From assembly GCA_046297835.1 (NCBI GenBank), contig JBKBHI010000002.1:7376-71375 (forward strand): a DNA stretch of 64,000 nucleotides. The letters run 5' to 3'. Below, piece after piece: positions 1 through 7,574 of this stretch. Made by a program: the position numbers and the translations under genes. The notes beneath the pieces are model-generated. The model was not told the origin of the DNA. It worked only from the letters and a program-made list of their open reading frames with translations, and ran no database searches. Every line of letters begins with the position of its first letter. The stretch's first letter is position 1. The DNA comes from Alphaproteobacteria bacterium (GTDB taxonomy: Bacteria; Pseudomonadota; Alphaproteobacteria; SMXQ01).

Positions 1-225
1 CAGTTCCGCGACCAGGTAGGGCAGGCCGCGGCCGACGATATCGGCATGGCGGCGGGTCATTTCGGCGATCGCCGGCGGCTCGACCTCGAACGTGGCGAGG
101 CTGGCGCGCACATGGTGGGCGTAGATCGCCTGGATCTGGGCCATGTCGGCGGCGACGGCGGGACGCACCGCCAGCGCGGCGGCGACGGCGCCCGGCGGCA
201 AGCTGGAAACGGCGGAATTGCTCAT
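1..225 (-). CDS. GNAT-family N-acetyltransferase, N-terminal part (continues beyond window start)
   Basis: Minus-strand translation from the ATG at 225 reads MSNSAVSSLPPGAVAAALAVRPAVAADMAQIQAIYAHHV..., a typical acetyltransferase N-terminus. The CDS is truncated by the window edge. Confidence 0.45.
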   Translation of the reverse strand, partial: MSNSAVSSLPPGAVAAALAVRPAVAADMAQIQAIYAHHVRASLATFEVEPPAIAEMTRRHADIVGRGLPYLVAEL

Positions 226-329
226 CTTTTCAAACGGCAGCAAAAGGGGAAGCGGCGCGATGCCGCGGCGCGACACTAGCAGCTACGCCGCCGGGATGTT
301 AGAAGCTTGCCGCCCTTTTTTCGATCAGC

Positions 330-983
330 GTGGCCCGGATGACGGTTCAAGACGACACCCCCAGCATCGACAACCTGCTCGCCAACAATGTCGCCTGGGC
401 GCGCCGGGTCGAGGCTGAGAAGCCCGGGTTCTTCAAAGGGTTGGCGAGCCAGCAGGCGCCCCATTACCTGTGGATCGGCTGTTCCGACAGCCGCGTGCCG
501 GCCAACGAGGTGGTCGGCCTCGCGCCGGGCGAATTGTTCGTCCATCGCAACGTCGCCAATCTGGTGCAGCTCGCCGATCTCAACTGCCTCGCCGTCGCCC
601 AGTTCGCCATCGAGGTGCTGAAGGTCAGCCATATCCTGGTATGCGGCCATTACGGCTGCGGCGGCGTGCGCGCCGCGCTCACCGGCCAGCGCATCGGCCT
701 CGCCGAACATTGGATCCGCCCGCTGCGCAGCCTGTCGGAGGAATATCGCGCCGAGCTCGACGCGCTGCCCGACGAGGAGGCGCGCGTGACCCGGCTGTGC
801 GAATTGAACGTGCTGCGCCAGTCGCGCAACCTGCTGCACACGCAGGTGGTGCAGGACACCTGGGCGCGCGGCCAGGCGCTCGCCATCCATCCGGTGATCT
901 ACGGCCTCAGCGACGGCCTGCTGCATCAGCTCAGCCAGCCGATCACCTCGCACGAGCAAGGCGTCGCCCTGCTGCACGTTTAG
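330..983 (+). CDS. can: beta-class carbonic anhydrase
   Basis: 217 aa with the CSDSRV and HxxCGG zinc-ligand motifs (WIGCSDSRVP, VCGHYGCGGV) diagnostic of beta-CA. Confidence 0.85.
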   Translation: MARMTVQDDTPSIDNLLANNVAWARRVEAEKPGFFKGLASQQAPHYLWIGCSDSRVPANEVVGLAPGELFVHRNVANLVQLADLNCLAVAQFAIEVLKVSHILVCGHYGCGGVRAALTGQRIGLAEHWIRPLRSLSEEYRAELDALPDEEARVTRLCELNVLRQSRNLLHTQVVQDTWARGQALAIHPVIYGLSDGLLHQLSQPITSHEQGVALLHV

Positions 984-1015
984 CCGCGATCGCCGATAAG
1001 CCCGTGAATTCAGGC

Positions 1016-1759
1016 TTATCGGTAGGTCAGGATGTCGAAGACGTCGCCGAGGCGCTTGTTCTCGGCCGGTTTGACCGCCGGCTCGAACCAGCGCAGATAG
1101 ACGGCGATCAGCAGGCTGTAGCAGGCCGCCGCCACCAATTTTCCGACCAGGCCGCCGAAGCCCGCCGAGAACGGCACGCCGAGCAGCAGGTTGAGCGCGG
1201 CGAAGAAGCCGATCTGGTCGAAGATCAGCACCGCCGAGGCCGACAGCCACAGGCGCACCACCGGCATCCGCTTGAACGGGCCGCCGAGCCATTCGTAGAC
1301 CAGGATGATCATCAGGCAGTCGATGAACAGCAAGAGGCTGCCCCACACCATCAAGCCGCCGACGTCGTTGAGCAGCGCCAGATCGAGCTGCTGGCCCTCG
1401 ACCGGGGCGAGCGCCTGGTGGTGGCGCAGGATCAGCAGCAGGGCGACAGCGAGGAAATTGCCGAGCAGCAGGCCGTAGATCGGCTGGCGCACGGTCGGCG
1501 CGTCCTCGCGGATATAGACCAGCAGCAGCAATAGCAGCTTGCCGGAGAACAATACGACCGAGCCCGGCGACAAGCTCATGCCCGGGTAGAACTGCACATA
1601 GAGGCTCGTGGCGAGGTAATTTTCCAGGAAATGCAGGCTCCCGAGCGCGCAAAAGAACGCGCCGAGACCGACCAAGTGCCTGAAGCGGAACAACAAAAGC
1701 ATCGCCGCGTAATAGACGCAGATCTCCGCCCCCAGCAGCCCCACCTCGCCCCACGCCAT
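1016..1759 (-). CDS. polytopic inner-membrane protein, VUT/YhhQ-like (queuosine-precursor transporter family) candidate
   Basis: 247 aa, hydrophobic, multiple TM segments. Motifs FIDCLMIILVYEWLG and VLIFDQIGFF resemble the DUF165/YhhQ family. The assignment is tentative. Confidence 0.45.
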   Translation of the reverse strand: MAWGEVGLLGAEICVYYAAMLLLFRFRHLVGLGAFFCALGSLHFLENYLATSLYVQFYPGMSLSPGSVVLFSGKLLLLLLVYIREDAPTVRQPIYGLLLGNFLAVALLLILRHHQALAPVEGQQLDLALLNDVGGLMVWGSLLLFIDCLMIILVYEWLGGPFKRMPVVRLWLSASAVLIFDQIGFFAALNLLLGVPFSAGFGGLVGKLVAAACYSLLIAVYLRWFEPAVKPAENKRLGDVFDILTYR

Positions 1760-1794
1760 GTCCGTCCCCCTTCGGCGAACCGCCGATCACGCGG

Positions 1795-2016
1795 TTAACC
1801 CTGTTCTTTTGCCTCGTCGGCCAAGCGCTTGGCAAGCGCCGTGCCCATCGCGGCGGCGGCGAGGATCTTGCGGGCATAGTCGCCCTGGCGCGCGCCGGGC
1901 GGCGCTTCTTCGAGAATGAATTGGGCGTAGCCGGCCACCGCGCCGAAAATATTGTTCAGCTCGTGCGCGGCCTCACCTCCGCTCAAGCGCCCGCCCGGTT
2001 CGATTCCGCCTGTCAT
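1795..2016 (-). CDS. 73-aa ORF carrying an isolated histidine-kinase H-box (HisKA-like) with no ATPase domain
   Basis: AHELNNIFGAVAGYAQFILEE matches the H-box of HisKA dimerisation domains. The ORF stops after ~40 more residues. It may be a kinase remnant or a mini-protein. Confidence 0.3.
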   Translation of the reverse strand: MTGGIEPGGRLSGGEAAHELNNIFGAVAGYAQFILEEAPPGARQGDYARKILAAAAMGTALAKRLADEAKEQG

Positions 2017-2129
2017 ATCCGCCCCCTAGCGTGCCTGCGCGACGGCAAGGCACTAGCCGCACCGTCCAAAGATATAAACAGCAAGTCCGATTAACGAAGA
2101 TTTTATATTCTTTCGCATAAGTTTGTCCC

Positions 2130-2825
2130 ATGACGAACGAAGCGGTTCAGAGCGCGCCCGAGCTGGAGAGCGAGGATCTGTCGGTGCTTATCGCCGACGA
2201 TCATCCGCTCTATCGCGACGCGCTCGAACAGCTGATCAGGCGGACTCCCGGCCTGCGCCTGACGGGCGGCGTCACCAATTTGCCCGAAGCGCTGATGGCG
2301 CTCGTCAGCCTGCCCTGCGATCTCGTCCTGCTCGATCTGCACATGCCCGGCATGGACAGCCTCGACAACCTGCGCAAAGTCCACCGCCTTCAGCCCGACG
2401 CCAAGGTCGTGCTGATCTCCGGCCAGATGGATAGCGCGACCGTCACCGCCGGCCTTGAGGTCGGCGCGGTCGGTTTCCTCTCCAAATCGAGCACGCCGGC
2501 GACCATTGTCGCGGCGCTGCGCCTGGTGCTCACCGGGGCGATCTACGTGCCGTCCGATCTGATGAGCCTGCCGGCCAAGCCGCGCGCGCCCGCGTCGGCA
2601 GGCCCCGGCGCGAAAGATAAGAGCGCGCTCAACAGCCGCGAGATCGAAGTGCTCCATCGGCTCGCCGAAGGCGCGTCGCACAAGGAGATCGGCCGCGCGC
2701 TCGGTCTCGCCGAAGTGACGATCAAGCTGCACACGCAGCATATCGTGCGCAAACTCGGCGCCAAAAACCGCGCCGCCGCCATCGCCCTCGCGGTGCGCAA
2801 CGGCTTGGTGCATCCGCCGTTGTGA
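2130..2825 (+). CDS. two-component response regulator, NarL/FixJ (LuxR HTH) family
   Basis: N-terminal receiver (VLIADDHPLYRD...DLVLLDLHMPGMD) and C-terminal LuxR-type HTH (EIEVLHRLAEGASHKEIGRALGLAEVTIKLHTQHIVRKLG). An AT-rich divergent promoter region lies upstream. Confidence 0.85.
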   Translation: MTNEAVQSAPELESEDLSVLIADDHPLYRDALEQLIRRTPGLRLTGGVTNLPEALMALVSLPCDLVLLDLHMPGMDSLDNLRKVHRLQPDAKVVLISGQMDSATVTAGLEVGAVGFLSKSSTPATIVAALRLVLTGAIYVPSDLMSLPAKPRAPASAGPGAKDKSALNSREIEVLHRLAEGASHKEIGRALGLAEVTIKLHTQHIVRKLGAKNRAAAIALAVRNGLVHPPL

Positions 2826-3029
2826 CGCGCGGGGCGCCTTGGCCCTTCGTATAAGCGGCTAGGACTCGAATCATACCGGCGGACAATATACGTCCCGCGC
2901 TTTGGCTCTGCCGCCGCCAGTTGCTAGGACTGCGGACATCATGGAGAGCCGGTCTCCAGTCGCTTTCGTCGCGTATCCCGCTCCCGACCGCTCTCGCCCC
3001 CGCGCGCCTTTCGCGCGCAACCATCCGCG

Positions 3030-3075
3030 CGCGCGTCCTTCGAGAGAGTGACCGCGCGTCCTTCGGGAGAGTGAC
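3030..3075 (+). repeat. 2 x 23-bp tandem direct repeat (cgcgcgtccttcg[a/g]gagagtgac) abutting the MCP start codon
   Basis: Read directly at 3030-3052 and 3053-3075 with one mismatch. The second copy supplies a GGGAGA Shine-Dalgarno-like motif upstream of the ATG at 3077. Confidence 0.7.
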
Positions 3076-3076
3076 G

Positions 3077-4759
3077 ATGTTCGACAATTTCAAGATCAGC
3101 TGGAAAATCCTCGCCTTGGTCGGCGTGCTATCGGTCCTGACCGCCTTCGTCGCCGGCATGGGCATCAATTCCATGCAAACTTACGAGACCCGCGTCGCGC
3201 GCCAGGAAGCGGCGCTCAACCGCGCGCTCTACGCCGAGCGCGTCAGCGGCCTGATCTACGCCGTAGTGATGGATTCGCGCGGCGTTTACATGTCGGAAAG
3301 CAGCGCCGCGGGCAAGAAGTTTGGCCAGGGCCTGATGCTGTCGCTGGCCAAGATGCGCCAGACGATGGACGCCTGGAGCCAGCTCGTGCCGCCCGAAGGC
3401 AGGGCCCGGTTCGACGAGGCCGACAAGGCGCTCGGTGAATTCATCGCCTTCCGCAGCAAGCTGGTCGAACTGAACGAGAATGTCAGCCCGGCGGCGGCGC
3501 GCGAATGGGGCGACAACGACGCCAACCGCGCCAACCGTACAGCGCTCGGCAAGCATATCGACGGCATGGTCGAAATCTACAAGGATCAGGCCGACGCCGA
3601 AGCCGAGGCGCTCGACGCCTTCTTCATGCAGCGCCTGCAACTGCTCATCGGCCTCGCCGGCGGCATCGTCCTGCTCGGCCTGCTCTGCGGCTATCTGATC
3701 TCGTCGCGCTTGATCTCGCGTCCGCTCGTTTCCGTCACCGGCGCGATGCGCGCCATCGCCGGCGGCGACCTCGCGACCGTCGTGCCCGGCGCCAAGCGCG
3801 GCGACGAGGTGGGCGAAATCGCCCGCGCCCTCGCCGTCTTTAAAGAGAACCTCGAGAAGAACCGCCTTCTGGAGGAGGAGAAAGCCGCCGAACAGGCCGC
3901 CCGCGAAGAGCGCCAAAAGCGCCTGGAAAGCAGCATCGTCGAGTTTAACCGCGATGTGGAGTCTGTGCTGACCACGGTCACTGCCGCGACCACGCAGCTC
4001 GGCAATTCCTCGCGCGAGATGTCGCGCATCGCGCAAGACACCAACCAGCGCATGTCCGTCGTCGCCAGCTCCAGCGAGCAGGCGTCGAACAACGTGCAGA
4101 CCGTCGCTTCCGCGACCGAAGAGCTCAGCGCCTCGATCGGCGAGATCGGCCAGCAGGTCACGCGCTCCAACGCCGTCGTCGAGACCTGCACCGAGCAGAT
4201 GCGGGTCGCCAGCGACACCGTGCAGAGCCTCGCCACCGCCGCCCAGAAGATCGGCGAAGTGGTCGGCCTGATCAACGACATCGCCTCGCAGACCAACCTG
4301 CTGGCGCTCAACGCCACCATCGAATCGGCGCGCGCCGGCGAGGCCGGCAAGGGCTTCGCGGTCGTCGCCAATGAGGTCAAGACGCTGGCCACCCAGACCG
4401 CGCGGGCGACCGAGGACATCGTCGCCCAGGTCTCGGACATCCAGCAGGCCACCAACGCCTCGGTCCGCGCCATCGCCACGATCGACGAGACCATGGGCCA
4501 GCTGCGCGAGACGATGACGACCATCGCCGCCGCCGTGCAGGAACAGAGCGCCGCGACCCAGGACATCGCGCGCAGCGTTCAGGAGGCCGCCGTCGGCACC
4601 CAGAGCGTCAACGACAACACCGCGCAAGTGACCCAGGGCGTCAGCGAGACCGAAGGCGCGGCGCGTGACGTGCAGAACGCCACCGACGACGTCGCCCAGC
4701 AGGCCGACGTGCTCAGCCGCCAGGTCGAAGGGTTCTTCAGCCGCATCCGCGCGATTTGA
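3077..4759 (+). CDS. methyl-accepting chemotaxis protein (MCP)
   Basis: Start chosen at [12 protein letters not shown] with a TM helix. HAMP region is present ([40 protein letters not shown]). Conserved MCP signalling domain is present ([16 protein letters not shown]...[32 protein letters not shown]). Confidence 0.85.
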   Translation: MFDNFKISWKILALVGVLSVLTAFVAGMGINSMQTYETRVARQEAALNRALYAERVSGLIYAVVMDSRGVYMSESSAAGKKFGQGLMLSLAKMRQTMDAWSQLVPPEGRARFDEADKALGEFIAFRSKLVELNENVSPAAAREWGDNDANRANRTALGKHIDGMVEIYKDQADAEAEALDAFFMQRLQLLIGLAGGIVLLGLLCGYLISSRLISRPLVSVTGAMRAIAGGDLATVVPGAKRGDEVGEIARALAVFKENLEKNRLLEEEKAAEQAAREERQKRLESSIVEFNRDVESVLTTVTAATTQLGNSSREMSRIAQDTNQRMSVVASSSEQASNNVQTVASATEELSASIGEIGQQVTRSNAVVETCTEQMRVASDTVQSLATAAQKIGEVVGLINDIASQTNLLALNATIESARAGEAGKGFAVVANEVKTLATQTARATEDIVAQVSDIQQATNASVRAIATIDETMGQLRETMTTIAAAVQEQSAATQDIARSVQEAAVGTQSVNDNTAQVTQGVSETEGAARDVQNATDDVAQQADVLSRQVEGFFSRIRAI

Positions 4760-5118
4760 AGATCGTCCGCAAGCCGGAGGCGTATCGGCTGCGACTTGAA
4801 TTTCCCCTGCGCCACCGCTGCCCCTGATCCACCACATGCGCTTCGACGTATTCGAAGCGCATGTGGTGCTTTGCATTGGGCCGCATTTCAACGCGCGTCG
4901 CTCAAATCCAAATGATGCCGTTGAAGCGCGAGGCCAGTCGGGCCGGATGAGTCGGGCGTTCCCTCAGAACGGATTTGCCAGCCATTGCTGCAACCGACTT
5001 GCCATACGCCCCGCATAAAAAAAGCTTAGCCCAGCTCCCGTCATTCATTTTTTATTAGGTTTTTGAACCTAATTTATAATTCATCTAGTTCTAATTAGCT
5101 TTTTAAGGAGCTGTTTAA

Positions 5119-6804
5119 ATGACGATGAATTCCTGGTCGATTCGCAAAAAGCTCATCGCGTCTTTCTCTCTGCTCAGCGTCGTCATGATCGCGCTCGGAT
5201 TGTTCTCGATCGACCGCATCCATGCAGTGGACAAGATTTCCGGTGAGATCGCCGATCAATGGCTGCCGAGCGTCCGCGATATCGGCGCCATGGAGACCTA
5301 TGCGACCAGCTATCGCGCCAGCGTCCTCCTGCACATTCTCAGCAACGACCAGGCGGCGATGGCGTCTGCCGAGCAGGAGCGCGGCAAAGCTGCGGCGGAG
5401 ATCGCCCGCCTTCGCGCCCATTACGAGCAACTCCTGTCGCTGCCGCAGGCAAAGACGCTCTACGACGCTTTCACCAACGATTGGCGTCGCTACACGACCG
5501 AGATCGACAGCGTCATCGCCTTGTCGGCCAAGGGCGACAAGCAAGCCGCCTTGGCGCTTAACAACGGTAAGGCTCTGCCGATATATGCCGCCGCGTTCGA
5601 AGACCTGGAAAAGCTTATCGACTTCGACCAGCAAGGCGCGCACAAGGCGGCCGAGCGGGCCGACGCCGTGTTCCAGCTGGCCTTCGGCCTGATCGTCGGC
5701 AGCCTCTTGCTGTCGGTGATTTTCTTCGTCGGCCTCACGATCATGATCGTGCGCGGGATCAGCCATGGCATCGCCTCCGTGGTCACGCCCATGCAGGCCC
5801 TGTCCAAGGGCGAGCTCGCCGTCGATATCCCGTCGCGCGGCGAGAAGACCGAGATCGGCACCATCGCCGATGCGGTACAGGTCTTCAAAGACGCGCTGAT
5901 CGAGAAAAAACGCCTCGACGAGGCCGCCGCCCTGGAGAACCAGGCGAAGATCGACCGGGCTCAGAAACTCGAGGAATTGACGCGCCATTTCGAGAGCACC
6001 GTCGGAAGCCTCGTGCAAGCCTTGACCGCAGCTTCGACCGAACTGGAAGCTACCGCGCAGTCCATGTCGGGCACGGCGACCCAGACCAATCAGCAAGCCC
6101 TCGTCGTCGCCAGTTCGGCCGAAGAAACCTCGACCAACGTTCAGACTGTCGCCTCCGCCACCGAAGAGCTCTCGTCGTCGATCCAGGAAATCGGCCGCCA
6201 AGTTGAGGGGTCGAGCCGCTTCGCCGCTCAGGCGGTCGAAGAAGCGAAACTGACTGACGAGACGGTTCAAGCGCTGGCCGAAAGCGCCCAGAAAATCGGC
6301 GAGGTGGTCAAGCTGATCTCCGATATCGCCGCGCAGACCAATCTTCTGGCGCTCAACGCCACGATCGAAGCGGCGCGCGCCGGCGAAGCCGGCAAAGGCT
6401 TCGCCGTGGTCGCCTCGGAGGTCAAAAACCTGGCCAATCAGACCGCGAGAGCGACCGAGGATATCGGCGCCCAGGTGGCGCAGATCCAAGCGACCACTCG
6501 CGACGCCGTCGCCGCGATCCAGACCATCACCAACACGATCGAGGAAATGAGCCGGACCACTGCGGCCATTGCCGCGGCGGTCGAGGAGCAGGGCGCCGCG
6601 ACGCAGGAGATCTCCCATAACGTCCAGCAAGCTTCGCAGGGCACGCAGGAGGTCACGACCAATATCGTCCAGGTGCGCGACGCCGCCTCTACGACCGGTG
6701 CCTCGGCAAGCCAGGTGCTCAGCGCCGCCGGGGAGTTGGCCCGTCACTCGTCGGACCTGCGCCGAGAAGTTAGCGATTACATCGACGGCGTCAAAGCCGC
6801 GTGA
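5119..6804 (+). CDS. methyl-accepting chemotaxis protein (MCP), paralog of 3077-4759
   Basis: N-terminal TM and 4HB-like sensor, HAMP ([21 protein letters not shown]), and an MCP signalling domain nearly identical to the upstream MCP. Lower third-position GC than its neighbour, and an AT-rich 5' region. Confidence 0.85.
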   Translation: MTMNSWSIRKKLIASFSLLSVVMIALGLFSIDRIHAVDKISGEIADQWLPSVRDIGAMETYATSYRASVLLHILSNDQAAMASAEQERGKAAAEIARLRAHYEQLLSLPQAKTLYDAFTNDWRRYTTEIDSVIALSAKGDKQAALALNNGKALPIYAAAFEDLEKLIDFDQQGAHKAAERADAVFQLAFGLIVGSLLLSVIFFVGLTIMIVRGISHGIASVVTPMQALSKGELAVDIPSRGEKTEIGTIADAVQVFKDALIEKKRLDEAAALENQAKIDRAQKLEELTRHFESTVGSLVQALTAASTELEATAQSMSGTATQTNQQALVVASSAEETSTNVQTVASATEELSSSIQEIGRQVEGSSRFAAQAVEEAKLTDETVQALAESAQKIGEVVKLISDIAAQTNLLALNATIEAARAGEAGKGFAVVASEVKNLANQTARATEDIGAQVAQIQATTRDAVAAIQTITNTIEEMSRTTAAIAAAVEEQGAATQEISHNVQQASQGTQEVTTNIVQVRDAASTTGASASQVLSAAGELARHSSDLRREVSDYIDGVKAA

Positions 6805-7058
6805 TCGATCGCGCGCGGCCGTCTTCGCAACCGAAGGCCCCGCGCGATTGAGGATCGTCCGCAACCGTAACGTGCATCCGCTCGACTTTCGCGCGCGGTG
6901 CGACCCTATCCGAAAGGATGGGACCGTACCCTGCGAAAGTCGAGCAATCACGGGCCTTAGATCAATTTGAAAATCCTGAATTTCCCGCGCGCGATTAACA
7001 CAATCTCAATATCGCCCCCCCACTATCGACATAAATGCATGACACCCGGAGAGCGAAC

Positions 7059-7550
7059 ATGATCACCGCCACCGCCGAAACGAGCGCCGCCGTCAAGCGC
7101 CCCGCGATCGAGGACGAGTCGACCGACTACGTCACCTTCCGCATGGGCAGCCAGATGTTCGGCGTGCCGGTGCAGCGCGTGCAGGACATCCTGGTGCCCG
7201 ACCGCATCGCCCCGGTGCCGCTCGCGCCGACCGAAGTGCGCGGCCTGATCAATCTGCGCGGCCGCATCGTCACGGTGATCGACGTCCGCATCCGCCTCGG
7301 CCTGAAGGACCAGCGCGACGCTTCGGCGCGCGCCATGGGCGTCACCGTCGAAAGCGGCCATGAGCTTTACACGCTGCTCGTCGATCATGTCGGCGATGTC
7401 ATCACTCTCGCGAACGACAGCTTCGAATCGAACCCGGCGACCATCGACAGCTTGTGGAAGGACTTTTCCAAAGGCGTCCATCGCCTGTCCGACCAGCTGA
7501 TGGTGGTGCTCGACATCGACCGCCTGCTCGACATCCGCGTCCGCAATTAA
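7059..7550 (+). CDS. cheW: chemotaxis coupling protein CheW
   Basis: CheW-like domain (DYVTFRMGSQMFGVPVQRVQDIL...GLINLRGRIVTVIDVR). Start placed at the ATG preceded by a GGAGAG RBS. Confidence 0.85.
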   Translation: MITATAETSAAVKRPAIEDESTDYVTFRMGSQMFGVPVQRVQDILVPDRIAPVPLAPTEVRGLINLRGRIVTVIDVRIRLGLKDQRDASARAMGVTVESGHELYTLLVDHVGDVITLANDSFESNPATIDSLWKDFSKGVHRLSDQLMVVLDIDRLLDIRVRN

Positions 7551-7574
7551 GCGCAAGCCACGGGAACCAAGACC

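Noticed and set aside
276-1877. 533-aa ORF on the minus strand
   Set aside because: It is antisense to the carbonic anhydrase and the membrane-protein genes, rich in Arg/Ala/Gly with no motifs. This is a typical high-GC shadow ORF.
5040-5118. Canonical sigma-70 promoter in the AT-rich block
   Set aside because: TTGAAC and TATAAT hexamers are present but separated by only 6 bp, not ~17 bp. No confident promoter call is made.
3128-6951. Long minus-strand ORFs 3128-4891 and 5095-6951
   Set aside because: They are antisense shadows of the two MCP genes.
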